From NCBI GenBank assembly GCA_035703525.1, contig DASSYA010000020.1, positions 6,351-70,350 of the forward strand: 64,000 bases of DNA, in the 5' to 3' direction. Below, piece after piece: positions 18,946 through 29,460 of this stretch. The position numbers and the translations under genes were made by a program. Below the pieces are notes generated by a model, which saw only the letters and a list, made by a program, of their open reading frames with translations, did no database searches and was not told the DNA's origin. How positions within the stretch are numbered: the first letter of the stretch is position 1; the number at the start of each line of letters is the position of its first letter. The stretch comes from Gemmatimonadales bacterium. Lineage in GTDB: Bacteria > Gemmatimonadota > Gemmatimonadetes > Gemmatimonadales > GWC2-71-9.

Positions 18946-19989
18946 ATGCGAGCCGTCGTCAAAGCCGCGCCAACAGCGGGATTGCAGGTGATGGACGTCC
19001 CCGAGCCACGACCGGGTGCACGTGATGTCCTGATCCGTGTGCACGCCGCGGGCGTGTGCGGAACCGACCTGCACATCTGGGAATGGGACGCCTGGGCGGC
19101 CGGTCGACTGCGTCCGCCGGTCGTGGTCGGACATGAGTTCGCGGGAGCGATTGTGGGCCTCGGAGCGGAAGTTGATGCGGAGGGGATCTTCGCGGTCGGC
19201 GACCTCGTGACCGCCGAGGGGCACATCGTCTGTGGTGATTGTGTCCCGTGCCGGACCGGGAATGCGCACCTCTGCGTGCGCACCCAGATCATCGGTGTCG
19301 ACCGTGACGGGGCGTTCGCGGACCTGATCGTGATGCCGGCGACCAACGTCATGAAGCTCGACGGGATCCCGACCGACATCGGTGCGATCATGGACCCGAT
19401 CGGGAACGGGGTGCACACGGCGCTGGAGGGGGGCGACGTGACGGGGGCCACGGCGCTGGTGATCGGCTGCGGTCCGATCGGTTGCTTTGCCGCTGGCGTG
19501 CTCCGCGCGGCCGGGGCGTCGCTGGTGATCGCCTCGGACTTCAATCCGATGCGTCGCGAACTTGCCCGGACCATCGGGGCGCACCATGTGCTCGATCCCG
19601 GGGAGGTCGATGTCATCGAGGTGGCGCGTTCGCTCACCTGGGGACTTGGTGTCGACCTGGTCTGCGAGATGAGCGGTCATCCGAGCGGGCATGCCACCGC
19701 GTTCGCGGCCGCCCGACCCGGGGGGCGGGTCAACCTGCTGGGCACGCCGAGCCGGACGACCGAGGTGGACTTCGCGCTCGACGTGATCTTCAAGGGGCTG
19801 ACGCTCTACGGCGTCACGGGCCGCCGGATGTACCAGACCTGGATCACCATGCGCCGCCTGATCGCGTCGGGGGCGTTCGACCCGACCCCGATCGTCACCC
19901 ACCGTTTCCCGCTCGAGGAGATCGCCCAGGCCATCGGGGTCATCAAGGATGGCACCGCCGGCAAGGTGATCCTGGAGATCAATTCATGA
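18946..19989 (+). CDS. tdh: L-threonine 3-dehydrogenase
   Basis: CGTDLHI, GHEF, AEGHIVCG, GCGPIG; adjacent to kbl. Confidence 0.95.
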   Translation: MRAVVKAAPTAGLQVMDVPEPRPGARDVLIRVHAAGVCGTDLHIWEWDAWAAGRLRPPVVVGHEFAGAIVGLGAEVDAEGIFAVGDLVTAEGHIVCGDCVPCRTGNAHLCVRTQIIGVDRDGAFADLIVMPATNVMKLDGIPTDIGAIMDPIGNGVHTALEGGDVTGATALVIGCGPIGCFAAGVLRAAGASLVIASDFNPMRRELARTIGAHHVLDPGEVDVIEVARSLTWGLGVDLVCEMSGHPSGHATAFAAARPGGRVNLLGTPSRTTEVDFALDVIFKGLTLYGVTGRRMYQTWITMRRLIASGAFDPTPIVTHRFPLEEIAQAIGVIKDGTAGKVILEINS

Positions 19990-21182
19990 GTGTGCTCGAC
20001 GACCGCCTGACCACCGCCCTCGATGGCTTCCGCCGGGATGGCGTCTACAAGACCCTGATGCACATCGAGTCGCCCCAGTCGGCCCGCGTCCGGATGGAGG
20101 GGCGCGGCGAAGTGATCATCCTCTCGTCGAACAACTATCTCGGGCTCTCCGACGACTCGCGTGTGGTCGCGGCCGGCAAGGCCTCGCTCGACGAATTCGG
20201 TGCCGGCACCGCCTCGGTGCGATTCATCTGCGGCACCTTTACCGTGCACCGCCAGCTCGAAGCCGCCTGTGCCCGACTGGTCGGGACCCCGGCCTCGCTC
20301 TCGTTCGTGAGTTGCTGGAACGCCAACGAGGCATTGCCGGGGAGTGTGCTGACCGATCGCGACCTGATCCTCTCCGACCAGCTCAATCATGCTTCGATCA
20401 TCGACGGGCTCCGACTCGCCAAGTCGATCACCAAGTGCCAGACCGGCGTCTACAGGCACAACGACCTCGCCGATCTCGATGCCAAGCTCGCCCGGGCAAC
20501 CGACCGCGAGCTCAAGATGGTGGTGAGCGACGGGGTCTTCTCGATGGAGGGATCGATCTGCGACTTGCCCGGCCTCCTCGAGGTCTGCCGGAAGCACGAC
20601 GCGATCCTCTGGCTCGACGATTCGCATGCCACCGGGGTCCTCGGTGCCACCGGTCGGGGGACGGCCGAGCACTTCGACCTCGTGGGCGAGGTCGACATCA
20701 TCACCTCCACACTCGGCAAGGCGCTGGGGGGGGCGGCTGGTGGGTTCGTCGCGGGGTCCGCCGCGCTGTGCGACTACCTGACGCAACGCGCCCGGCCCCA
20801 GCTCTTCAGCAACGCGATTCCGACGACGGTGGCGGCCTCGGCGATGCGCGCGATCGAGGTCCTCGAGGCCGAGCCCGAGCGGGTGACCAGGCTCCGGGAG
20901 AATGCCCGATATTTCCGGAATGCGCTGGTCACCCTCGGGTTTCGACCCCTGCCGGGCGATACTCCCATCGTGCCGGTGATCCTCGGGGAGACGGCCGACG
21001 CCATCCGGATGAGCGAGCTGCTCCTCCAGGAGGGGGTGTTCGTCACCGGCTTCGGGTTCCCGGTGGTCCCGGAGGGCGAGGCACGAGTCCGTTGTCAGGT
21101 CTCGACCAGCCATCGCCGGCAGGATCTGGACGAGGCGCTGGATGCATTTTCACGCGTGGGGAAGACGTTGGGGCTGATCTGA
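19986..21182 (+). CDS. kbl: Glycine C-acetyltransferase
   Basis: SSNNYLGL, ASVRFICGT, DDSHATG, STLGKALGG. Confidence 0.95.
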   Translation: MSVLDDRLTTALDGFRRDGVYKTLMHIESPQSARVRMEGRGEVIILSSNNYLGLSDDSRVVAAGKASLDEFGAGTASVRFICGTFTVHRQLEAACARLVGTPASLSFVSCWNANEALPGSVLTDRDLILSDQLNHASIIDGLRLAKSITKCQTGVYRHNDLADLDAKLARATDRELKMVVSDGVFSMEGSICDLPGLLEVCRKHDAILWLDDSHATGVLGATGRGTAEHFDLVGEVDIITSTLGKALGGAAGGFVAGSAALCDYLTQRARPQLFSNAIPTTVAASAMRAIEVLEAEPERVTRLRENARYFRNALVTLGFRPLPGDTPIVPVILGETADAIRMSELLLQEGVFVTGFGFPVVPEGEARVRCQVSTSHRRQDLDEALDAFSRVGKTLGLI

Positions 21183-21243
21183 GTCGGCTCCGGCCTGTTC
21201 CTTGCGGCGATGTGACGCTGTTTTCCCTTCAGGAGGCCATTCG

Positions 21244-21879
21244 ATGATGCTCTACCGGCGGGCCTTCGCGCTGTCGGCACTCGTGACCGCCCTGGTCATG
21301 CTTCCCGGCACCGCGACCGCACAGCGGGGTGACTCGTTTTCCTGGAAGCTCGGCATCCAGGGCGGGTCGTTCATCTTCCAGACCAAGACCCAGGACAGCG
21401 AAGTGATCCCGTCCGCGGGCGCCCACTTCATGATCATGGCCCGCCGTTCGGGGCTGATGGTCGGTGTCGACGAGGGCTTCGGCTCCGACCAGCGTTCGGG
21501 GGCGGTCCTCTTCAATGACATCCGGCGGTACCAGGCAATGCTGATGGCATTCCCGGTTGCCCTGCCGCTCGAGCCGTACTTCGGCGTCGGCGGTGGTGTG
21601 GTTCAGGTCGTCTCGCCGCGGATCGACCCGGCCATCACCGATCCCTTCGAGCAGGCCTCCCTGCTCGCGGCGGCGAAGGATGCCAGCACCTCGGCGTATG
21701 CCTCATTCCTGGCCGGTGTGCAGGGGCGGTGGGGACGGCTGACCGTCTTCGGGCAGTACCAGATTCATACCGCGCCCGACAACGACAAGCTGCTCCGTGG
21801 GGCGATGCACTCGATCCACGGCGGCGTGCGCGTCGCACTCGGTTCGTCACGCGAAGGGGTGCGGGCCGGCGGGTACTGA
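21244..21879 (+). CDS. Secreted/outer-membrane beta-barrel-like protein
   Basis: Signal peptide, PYFGVGGG, amphipathic beta strands. Confidence 0.7.
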   Translation: MMLYRRAFALSALVTALVMLPGTATAQRGDSFSWKLGIQGGSFIFQTKTQDSEVIPSAGAHFMIMARRSGLMVGVDEGFGSDQRSGAVLFNDIRRYQAMLMAFPVALPLEPYFGVGGGVVQVVSPRIDPAITDPFEQASLLAAAKDASTSAYASFLAGVQGRWGRLTVFGQYQIHTAPDNDKLLRGAMHSIHGGVRVALGSSREGVRAGGY

Positions 21880-21891
21880 GGCACGGCACGG

Positions 21892-21941
21892 ATGTGACAC
21901 CGCCCCGCGCGACCTCTCGGTCGCGCGGGGCGGTGTCGCAT
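21892..21941. terminator. Long hairpin between convergent genes
   Basis: ATGTGACACCGCCCCGCGCGACC-TCTC-GGTCGCGCGGGGCGGTGTCGCAT. Confidence 0.7.
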
Positions 21942-21961
21942 GGTAGCGGGTGAGCTCGCGT

Positions 21962-23764
21962 TCAGCCCTTGTCTGCTGATTTCGCCGTCGGCGCCGTCTT
22001 CTTCCGGCTTCGCGTTGCCTTCTTCGCCGTGGACTTCTTCGCGGTCGACTTGCCGGTGGCCTTGGTCGACTTCGCCGCGGCCTTCCTGGTCGCCTTCTTC
22101 GCGACCTTCCTGACCGCCGGTTTCGTGGACGCGGTCTGGCTGGCGGTCGGCGACGTGGCACTCGACTCCTTCGCACTGCTGGACGCGGCCTTCTTGCTCG
22201 CGCCACCGCGCTTCCGGCTCCGCTTCTTCGCCGACTTCGGGGCAGCCGTCGCAGGGGTCTCCACCGTCGGTGAGGCCGTCGGCTTCTCGGCACCCTTGGC
22301 ATCATCGAGTTTCACCACCCCGACCAGCGGCACTTCGCCGTTCCGCTTCGGAGAGCCCGAGCGTGACCGGAAGCGTCCCGCGGGCGCCGCCACGGTGGCA
22401 GTCGGCACGGTCTCACCGTTCGCATTTCCGTTCTCGGCTGTCGGCCGCCGGTGGAGTGCCAGATCACTCTTGTGCGGCGACACTTCGAAGTGCGTCTCGT
22501 CGAGCATCCGCACCTCGGCAACTTCGGCGTCGTTGGCCTGACGGAGCAACTTCGGGAACTGCTTCTCCGCCAGCAGGGCGTCCTCGCGTCCGAGCAACGC
22601 CGCCATCCGCCCCCGCAGCAGCTCATGTGCCACCGGGGTCGGCAGTTCGCCGAGCGCCCTGGTGAGCAGATGGAACGCCTCGGCGAGGGTCAACTCGGTC
22701 CGGGCCGGTGAGGCGACCGGTGTCCGCGTCGGGGGGGTCGGCACCGCCGACTCGGTGGACTCGACCGCACCACGCTCCTCCCCACCCCGGCCCCGGCCCC
22801 GACCACCACGCCGGCGACGCCGGCCCCGCTCCTTCTCCGCATCGGGTGCGATCGGCGCCTCGACCGGTGGGGCGGGCGCGGCGGGTGCCGCCGCGGCCGG
22901 CGCCTCGGCGGCGGCCTCGGCCCGGGTGCGGACGGCATCCCCCCCCCCACGACCACCGCGGCGATTGCGACCCCCACGGGCCGACGCCTCGCGGGCCGGC
23001 TTGCTGCGGTCCGCAGCGGCGCCCCCCCCCTTGATGGGCGTCACCTCGAACTGGCCGTTCTCCATCTTCTCGAGCTTGATCAGGCCTCGCGACCCCGCCT
23101 CCTGCACGAACTTCGAGAACCGGTTGAAGCCGGCGTTGCCCTCGTCGAAGTTGGGATCGAGCTGCTGCATCACCTGCTTGAGGCGATCGGCCCGCATCAC
23201 GTCGCGGTTCGCCACCATCTTGTCGACCGCCTCGACCACCAGCTCCCACGGATCACGCTGGGTCGACGGGGTGTCGGTCTCCTTGGTGAGGCCGGCCAGC
23301 TCGGTGTACGAGTAGTACTCATCGCAGTTCTGGATCAGGATGTCGGACGCCGACTCCCGGATGCCGACACCGATCACGTACTTGCCGTACTCCTTGAGCT
23401 TGATCACCAGCGACGAGAAGTCGCTGTCGCCGGACAGCAGGATGAAGGTGCCGATCTCCGGGCGGGTGAACACCAGCTCGGTCGCATCGATCGCGAGGCG
23501 GATGTCGGTGGCGTTCTTCTTGTTGGTCCCGAAGGCGGGAGCGAAGATCAGGTCGATCGACGATTCGGACAGCGGCACGATGTACTGCGGGTAGCGACGC
23601 CAGTCGGCATAGGCCCGCTGGACGGAGACCTTGCCCTTGATGATGTCGCTGTCGAGGAGGTGCCGGAGTTCCTTGGTGAGGTCGGAGCGGACCCCGAGGG
23701 TCACGTTGTCGAAGTCGATGAGGAGGGCCGCGTTCGACGCGGGAAGGCTGGGCACGGACGGCAT
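21962..23764 (-). CDS. NYN (PIN-like) domain protein with OST-HTH/LOTUS-like domain and basic low-complexity tail
   Basis: LIDFDN, RAYADW, KNATDIRLAIDA, SGDSDF; LDPNFDEGNAGFNRFSKFV. Confidence 0.9.
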   Translation of the reverse strand: MPSVPSLPASNAALLIDFDNVTLGVRSDLTKELRHLLDSDIIKGKVSVQRAYADWRRYPQYIVPLSESSIDLIFAPAFGTNKKNATDIRLAIDATELVFTRPEIGTFILLSGDSDFSSLVIKLKEYGKYVIGVGIRESASDILIQNCDEYYSYTELAGLTKETDTPSTQRDPWELVVEAVDKMVANRDVMRADRLKQVMQQLDPNFDEGNAGFNRFSKFVQEAGSRGLIKLEKMENGQFEVTPIKGGGAAADRSKPAREASARGGRNRRGGRGGGDAVRTRAEAAAEAPAAAAPAAPAPPVEAPIAPDAEKERGRRRRRGGRGRGRGGEERGAVESTESAVPTPPTRTPVASPARTELTLAEAFHLLTRALGELPTPVAHELLRGRMAALLGREDALLAEKQFPKLLRQANDAEVAEVRMLDETHFEVSPHKSDLALHRRPTAENGNANGETVPTATVAAPAGRFRSRSGSPKRNGEVPLVGVVKLDDAKGAEKPTASPTVETPATAAPKSAKKRSRKRGGASKKAASSSAKESSATSPTASQTASTKPAVRKVAKKATRKAAAKSTKATGKSTAKKSTAKKATRSRKKTAPTAKSADKG

Positions 23765-23997
23765 CCGGCCAGCGCGATGGGCTGGAAAGGCGTTCACGAC
23801 GATCCTGTTGTCTGGGCCGTCCCCGATCTCGGCGTCCCCGTTGCGGGGGCGCGGCCATCGCGCCTGCTCCGAACGAGGGCGCCGAAGATCGAGACGGCGC
23901 GTGGGTCCGGACGCACCCCATTGGTGCACTGGACAGTTCCAAAGCTAAGCGCGGTGGGGTCAATGCACCACAGGGCGCGTATCGGGATCCGTCGGCG

Positions 23998-25071
23998 TCA
24001 GGCGAGGTCCTCACCGGTCCGGGCGATCTCGAGCGGCAGCTCGAAGGCGAAGGTGGTACCCTGACCCAGCACGGTCTCGACGGTGAGGGTGCTCCCCATC
24101 GCCTCGACCAGCTTCCGACAGATCGAGAGTCCGAGTCCGCTGCCGCTGAAGGCATAGTCACCGGCCTGCTGCCGCCGACGGAACGGCTCGAAGAGCATCG
24201 GCATCGCGGCTTCGGGGATCCCCCGCCCGGAATCCCGGACCGTGCACCGAAGCCGGGTCGGGTCCTCCGGGAACTCGACCAGGGAGACGTCGACCCCCCC
24301 CTCACCGGTGAACTTGAGCGCATTGGTCGTCAGGTTGAGCAGCACGCGATTGAGCGCTCCCGGGTGACCCACCCGGAGGTCATGGGCCGGCCCGGTCATC
24401 GTCAACTTGAGTTCCTTCTCCTCGGCAATCGGCAGCACGATGTCATTCACCGCCTCGAGCACCTCGAGCACGCTGAAGGGGATCGCATCCCGGCCGACGA
24501 GGCGATCGCCCCCGCGCACCAGCTCGATCACGTCCGACGCGACCGCGTTGAGCCCGAAGGCCGCGGAATAGACCAGCCCGAGCTGCCGTTCCTGCAACAG
24601 CGTGAGCGGCCCGCTTCGACCCCGGAGCATCGTCTCGGCGAGAAAGAGGATCGAGGTGAGCGGCGACCGGAGATCATGGGCGACCTCGACCACGAGGTCG
24701 AGACCGCTCGGTCCGGTCAATCGATCCTGGAAATGGTCGGACCACCCCGGGTCGAACTGCTCCGAGACCGTCTCGATCGCCGAGAGGATCCGGATCGTGT
24801 CGGCCGCGGCCGTGCGGTCGGCGCTCATGCACTGGGCGAGCACCTCGCGGCGGAGCCCCACGAGCAGCTTGCGCTCGAGCGGTGTGCTCGTCTCGGGGCG
24901 TGCGCCCCCCCCCCGACCGGCGAGGGTGGCGCCGACCTCGTTGGTGACCGAGGCCATCACCGCCGCGAGTTCGGCTTGCGATACCGCGTCGGTCCGATAG
25001 GCCTGCCAGTCCTCGACGATCGTGTCGGCGGCGGCGTCGAGGCGCCGGCGGGCTTCCTGGGCGTCGACCAT
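23998..25071 (-). CDS. Soluble sensor histidine kinase
   Basis: AHDLRSPL, NLTTNALKFT, DSGRGI, GSGLGL; no TM segment. Confidence 0.92.
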   Translation of the reverse strand: MVDAQEARRRLDAAADTIVEDWQAYRTDAVSQAELAAVMASVTNEVGATLAGRGGGARPETSTPLERKLLVGLRREVLAQCMSADRTAAADTIRILSAIETVSEQFDPGWSDHFQDRLTGPSGLDLVVEVAHDLRSPLTSILFLAETMLRGRSGPLTLLQERQLGLVYSAAFGLNAVASDVIELVRGGDRLVGRDAIPFSVLEVLEAVNDIVLPIAEEKELKLTMTGPAHDLRVGHPGALNRVLLNLTTNALKFTGEGGVDVSLVEFPEDPTRLRCTVRDSGRGIPEAAMPMLFEPFRRRQQAGDYAFSGSGLGLSICRKLVEAMGSTLTVETVLGQGTTFAFELPLEIARTGEDLA

Positions 25072-25074
25072 CGG

Positions 25075-26574
25075 CTACTCGCCGGCGTCGTCGCGCTGGA
25101 GGCCGTGCTTCTCCATGAGGCGGTAGAGGGTGGTCCGGTCGATGTTGGCCTGGCGAGCCGCCTTCGACATGTTGCCACCCGCACGGCCGACCAGCCGCGT
25201 CAGGTATTCCCGCTCGAACTCCCCAATCACCTGCTCCTTGACCTCGTGGAACGGCCCCTCGAGCACGGGCGCGGCGCCGGAGCGTTCTTCGGGTGCCTCG
25301 ACATCGTCGTAGGTGGGGATATCGCCCGGCTCGATGTCATGATCCGGCTCGGTGAGGACCGCCACATGCTCGATCACGTTCTGCAACTCGCGCACATTGC
25401 CGCGCCATGCCCGCGTCCGGAGGAAGGCGATCGACTCCTCGGTGAGACGCGGCATCCGGTCGGGCATCTGGCGATGCCGCTGCCAGAACACCCCGAGGAA
25501 ATGGTTGGCCAGGATCTGGATGTCCTCGGGGCGCTGCCGAAGCGGCGGCAACACGATCGGGACCACCCGGAGACGATAGAAGAGGTCACCCCGCAGGATG
25601 CCGCGCTCGACCGCCTCCTGCGGGTCCCGGTTGGTCGCACTGATGAACCGGACGTCGACCGGGGCACCCGAGGTCTCGGCGCCGACCCGTCGAATGACGC
25701 CATCCTGCACGACCCGCAGCAGCTTCGCCTGCAGCGGCATCGACATCTCGGTCAACTCGTCGAGGAAGAGCGTCCCGCCATCCGCCGTCTCGAGCAGTCC
25801 GGGCTTGTCGCGATCGGCCCCGGTGAAGGCACCCTTCCGGTGACCGAACATCTCCGACTCGAGCAGCGGCTCCGGCAGTGCCGCGCAGTTGATCGGCACC
25901 ATCACCTTCCTCGCGCGCCGCGAGTGCTGATGGATGAACTGGGCGATCACTTCCTTGCCGGTGCCGCTCTCCCCGCTGATGAACACCGAGGCATCGGTCG
26001 GGGCCACCTTCCGGGCCAGTTCAACCGCCCGGCGAAACGAGGGGGAGATCCCGATCAGGGCGTTCGATTCGGGCTGAGCGTTGTGGCGGTTGACCTGCTC
26101 GCGGAGGTCGGCGGCCTCGCGCACCTTGAGGATCGCGTGCGAGGCCCGGCCGATCAGGACCTGCAGGTGGGTCGCCGAGAACGGCTTGGGGAGATAGTCC
26201 CAGGCACCCATCCGGAGCGCCTCGATGCTCGACGTCACGCTCGGATTGCCGGTCATGACCACGACCAGGGTCTCGCGATTGACCTCGAGGACCCCATTGA
26301 GGACCTCGAGCCCCGAGACCTGCGGCAGGAGCAGGTCGACCAGGACCAGATCGAACGGCCGGCGACGGATCAGGTCGAGTGCCTCCTCACCCCGGGCGGC
26401 GAGGGTCACATTGTAGCCCTCGCTTCGGAGCACCGAGGCGCAGCTCTCACGCAACGTCCGCTCGTCATCGACGATCAGGATCCTGATCGTAGCCCGGACG
26501 TCGGCCGGAAGGGTCAGCGCATCGCGCCCCGCCGACTGTTCCCCGCCCGACCCGCCGCTCCCGGCCAACGCCAT
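25075..26574 (-). CDS. Sigma-54-dependent response regulator (NtrC family; PrsR-like by context)
   Basis: REC domain, GESGTGKE, ESEMFGHRKGAFTGA, WRGNVREL, Fis HTH; GAGGAG RBS before ATG 26574. Confidence 0.95.
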   Translation of the reverse strand: MALAGSGGSGGEQSAGRDALTLPADVRATIRILIVDDERTLRESCASVLRSEGYNVTLAARGEEALDLIRRRPFDLVLVDLLLPQVSGLEVLNGVLEVNRETLVVVMTGNPSVTSSIEALRMGAWDYLPKPFSATHLQVLIGRASHAILKVREAADLREQVNRHNAQPESNALIGISPSFRRAVELARKVAPTDASVFISGESGTGKEVIAQFIHQHSRRARKVMVPINCAALPEPLLESEMFGHRKGAFTGADRDKPGLLETADGGTLFLDELTEMSMPLQAKLLRVVQDGVIRRVGAETSGAPVDVRFISATNRDPQEAVERGILRGDLFYRLRVVPIVLPPLRQRPEDIQILANHFLGVFWQRHRQMPDRMPRLTEESIAFLRTRAWRGNVRELQNVIEHVAVLTEPDHDIEPGDIPTYDDVEAPEERSGAAPVLEGPFHEVKEQVIGEFEREYLTRLVGRAGGNMSKAARQANIDRTTLYRLMEKHGLQRDDAGE

Positions 26575-26652
26575 CCAGTGCTCCTCGGGAAAATTCCTGA
26601 ACACGACCGAAGCCCGGAGGTGGGCCAGCGCATTCACGCAACGGACCAGCGA

Positions 26653-26668
26653 GGCGAAAAGCGTGCCG
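26653..26668 (-). promoter_or_regulatory. Sigma-54 -24/-12 promoter candidate for the regulator operon
   Basis: CGGCACGCTTTTCGC, GG-N10-GC. Confidence 0.55.
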
Positions 26669-26756
26669 GAACTGTTGGACCCGGGCCACGACTTGGCTCA
26701 GGATCGATCATTTCCGTTGCGAAGCCACGTCACCCGGTGCGTGGATACTATCATTC

Positions 26757-26774
26757 TGTTGCGCTTGCGCAACA
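26757..26774. promoter_or_regulatory. Palindromic enhancer candidate TGTTGCGCTTGCGCAACA
   Basis: Related palindromes at 30562 and 57722. Confidence 0.55.
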
Positions 26775-26814
26775 TTAGCCGCATTTCTGTGGCATCGTGA
26801 CCGCTCCAGTGTGG

Positions 26815-26830
26815 CGGCACCACTGTTGCG
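26815..26830 (+). promoter_or_regulatory. Sigma-54 promoter candidate for wzc
   Basis: CGGCAC-CACTG-TTGC matches consensus. Confidence 0.7.
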
Positions 26831-26912
26831 TAGCAGCGGAGGAGAACCCGTGTTCCGGACCTGCCGGACACATCCTGAGGTCCAGTCAGGCGCCCAGACA
26901 TATCGAGACCGC

Positions 26913-29336
26913 ATGAGCACCGAAATCGCACCCATGACCGGGAATCTCCCCGCCTCCCCCCTGCCCTTCGGCCACGATGCGTCGGCGGGGAGCGGCGTGG
27001 GGGCGACCCATCCATTGCACCGGATGTTGTCGGCGTTCAAGCGCTTTGCGTGGCTGATCATCCTGCTGACGGCGGTGGGCGCGGCTGCCGGCTGGGGCAT
27101 GACCCGCTTCATGCTGCCGAAGTATGTGGTTCAGGGGAGCATCTTCCTCGAGGATCGTGGTGGCAAGACAGGGCCGGTCGAGGCAGATCCGTTCCTTGAG
27201 GGCGCGCAATGGCTCGAGCTCATCAAGAACCCGCGGGTCCTCGACTGGGTCGTCCAGAACCAGCGGCTTTATATCGTCGGCCCCAATCCTGGGCCGGGCA
27301 CACCGACCCGCGAGGGACCGTCCGGACCCGACGCCACGCTCTTCGATGAATTTGCCATCGACACTTCCAGGTTCGTGCCGGGGCGATACGAGCTCAATTT
27401 TGCAGCGGATGGCAAGTCCTGGTCGCTCAAACACCTGACCCGCCCCAATCTCACCGACAAGGGGCTTGTCGGCGATTCGGCCGGTCGCGCCCTCGGGATG
27501 CTGTGGGTCCCGCGCCCACGGCAGCGGATGTTTGGAAAGGACTACACCTTCACGCTGCTGACCCCGCGCGAGGTGTCGAACAGTGTCGCGGGGGCCCTGT
27601 CGACCGACATGGGGCGGACCCGTGGCTCACGCTTCGTGAAGGTCCAGTACGATGGGACCGACGCCCTGCGGACGGCCCGGACGCTCAATGCGATTCTCGA
27701 TCGGTTCGTCGAGCAGGCTGCGACGCTCAAGAGCGCCTCGCTGGTCGCGACCACCTCCGTCCTCGATTCGCAGCTCCTCGCGGCTGAACAGCGGATGCGC
27801 GACGCCGACCTGGCGCTCCAGAATTTCAAGATCAATACCGTCACCGCTCCGCGCGAGGATGCGCCGATCGCTGGCGGCCTGCAGATGACGACCAACTACA
27901 CCTACGGGTCGTACATGCAGCTCCGGACCGTGAGCGACTCGCTCCGCCGCGAGCGGCGCCAACTCGCCGACCTTCTGGGTCGCGCCATGACCGGCGGCCT
28001 CGTGACCGACCAGCTCACGGCGATCGGCATCGTGCGCTCCTCGCCCCAATTGATGGCGGCGATCAACCAACTGGGCAGTGAAGAGGCGAAGCTCCGGGAG
28101 CTGATGGGCCCTGGTGCGTTGCTCGATGCCAACAATCAGGTGAAGAATCAGCGGGCCGCGATCGCGATGTTGCGCGACTCGACGCTGCAGCAGCTCGGGC
28201 GTGCCGTGATCACACGTGTCGATGGCGAGCTCGAGAGCCTCGACCAGCGGATTGCCACGACCGCTCGGGAGATGCGAGACATTCCCCAGCGCTCACTCAC
28301 CGAGTCGAGTCTCCAGAACGACCTCGACCTCGCGCGGAAGACACATGCACAGGTCCGTGAACGCGCCGAGCTGGCACGTTTGCAGCGAGCCAGTTCGCTC
28401 GCGGATGTGAGTGTCCTCAACTACGCCGTGGCGCCGCTCGAGGCGTCGAAGAACCGGAAGCTGGTCATCATCATTCTTGGTGTCCTCGGCGGCTTGGGTG
28501 CCGGCCTCGGCCTGGCGTTCCTGCTCGACATGCTCGACGGCCGATTCCGCTATGCCGACCAGGTCACCAAGGGTCTGGGGCTCAGCATCCTCGGCGTGGT
28601 CCCGGAGATCCGCCGGGCCAAGGGGAAGGGTGCCTCGGCCGAGGAGGCCGCCCAGGTCGTGGAGGCATTCCGCACCATTCGGCTCAACCTGAGTCATGTC
28701 TTCCCCGAGAGCGGCAGCATCTCGCTCACGGTGACCTCACCGATGCCGGGTGACGGCAAGTCGCTGGTGTCATCGAACCTCGCGCTCTCGTTTGCCGAGG
28801 CCGGCTACAAGACGCTCCTGATCGATGGCGACACACGGCGTGGCGAGTTGCACCGGACCTTCGGCACCCAGCGTCGCCCCGGCCTGCTCGACCACCTCGC
28901 CGGTGACCTCGAGTGGACCGATGCCACCCGCGCGACCTCGCACCCGAAGCTCACGCTCCTGCCGGCCGGCAGCCGACACCGCAATGCACCGGAGCTGATG
29001 GGCTCGCGCAAGATGCACGAATTGCACGCCACACTTCGACAGAAGTTCGAGGTCATCATCATCGACTCGCCGCCGCTCGCGGCCGGCATCGACCCCTTCG
29101 TGCTCGGCACCGTCAGCGGCAACCTGATGCTGGTGGTCCGCGCCGGTTCGACCGAGCGCGATCTGGCGGAGGCGAAGCTGCAGATCATCGATCGCCTGCC
29201 GATCCGTCTGGTCGGCGCCGTGCTCAACGATGTGAATACCTCGATGGACGAGTACAAGTACTACGCTTACAACTACTCGTACGGCACGACCGAAGAGGAC
29301 GAGGAGCTGGTGCAGCTGCCGGCGACGATCACCTGA
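26913..29336 (+). CDS. wzc: Polysaccharide co-polymerase/tyrosine autokinase (Wzc/GumC)
   Basis: Two TMs, SPMPGDGKS Walker A, LIDGD, IIDSPP, Tyr cluster YKYYAYNYSY. Confidence 0.93.
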   Translation: MSTEIAPMTGNLPASPLPFGHDASAGSGVGATHPLHRMLSAFKRFAWLIILLTAVGAAAGWGMTRFMLPKYVVQGSIFLEDRGGKTGPVEADPFLEGAQWLELIKNPRVLDWVVQNQRLYIVGPNPGPGTPTREGPSGPDATLFDEFAIDTSRFVPGRYELNFAADGKSWSLKHLTRPNLTDKGLVGDSAGRALGMLWVPRPRQRMFGKDYTFTLLTPREVSNSVAGALSTDMGRTRGSRFVKVQYDGTDALRTARTLNAILDRFVEQAATLKSASLVATTSVLDSQLLAAEQRMRDADLALQNFKINTVTAPREDAPIAGGLQMTTNYTYGSYMQLRTVSDSLRRERRQLADLLGRAMTGGLVTDQLTAIGIVRSSPQLMAAINQLGSEEAKLRELMGPGALLDANNQVKNQRAAIAMLRDSTLQQLGRAVITRVDGELESLDQRIATTAREMRDIPQRSLTESSLQNDLDLARKTHAQVRERAELARLQRASSLADVSVLNYAVAPLEASKNRKLVIIILGVLGGLGAGLGLAFLLDMLDGRFRYADQVTKGLGLSILGVVPEIRRAKGKGASAEEAAQVVEAFRTIRLNLSHVFPESGSISLTVTSPMPGDGKSLVSSNLALSFAEAGYKTLLIDGDTRRGELHRTFGTQRRPGLLDHLAGDLEWTDATRATSHPKLTLLPAGSRHRNAPELMGSRKMHELHATLRQKFEVIIIDSPPLAAGIDPFVLGTVSGNLMLVVRAGSTERDLAEAKLQIIDRLPIRLVGAVLNDVNTSMDEYKYYAYNYSYGTTEEDEELVQLPATIT

Positions 29337-29337
29337 G

Positions 29338-29460
29338 GCGAGAAGCGAGAAGCGAGAAGCGAGAGGCGAGAGGCGAGAGGCGAGAGGCGAGAAGCGCAAC
29401 ATGTACGGGCGCAACATGTTGCGCCCGTACGCCTGCCCGCATGCTTCTCGCTTCTCGCCT
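29338..29460. repeat. Composite repeat: (GCGAGAR)x8, palindrome GTACGGGCGCAACATGTTGCGCCCGTAC, inverted heptamers
   Basis: Directly visible between convergent stop codons. Confidence 0.85.

Noticed and set aside
24364..26778. 804-aa plus-strand ORF
   Set aside because: Antisense shadow of the kinase and sigma-54 regulator; no recognisable motifs
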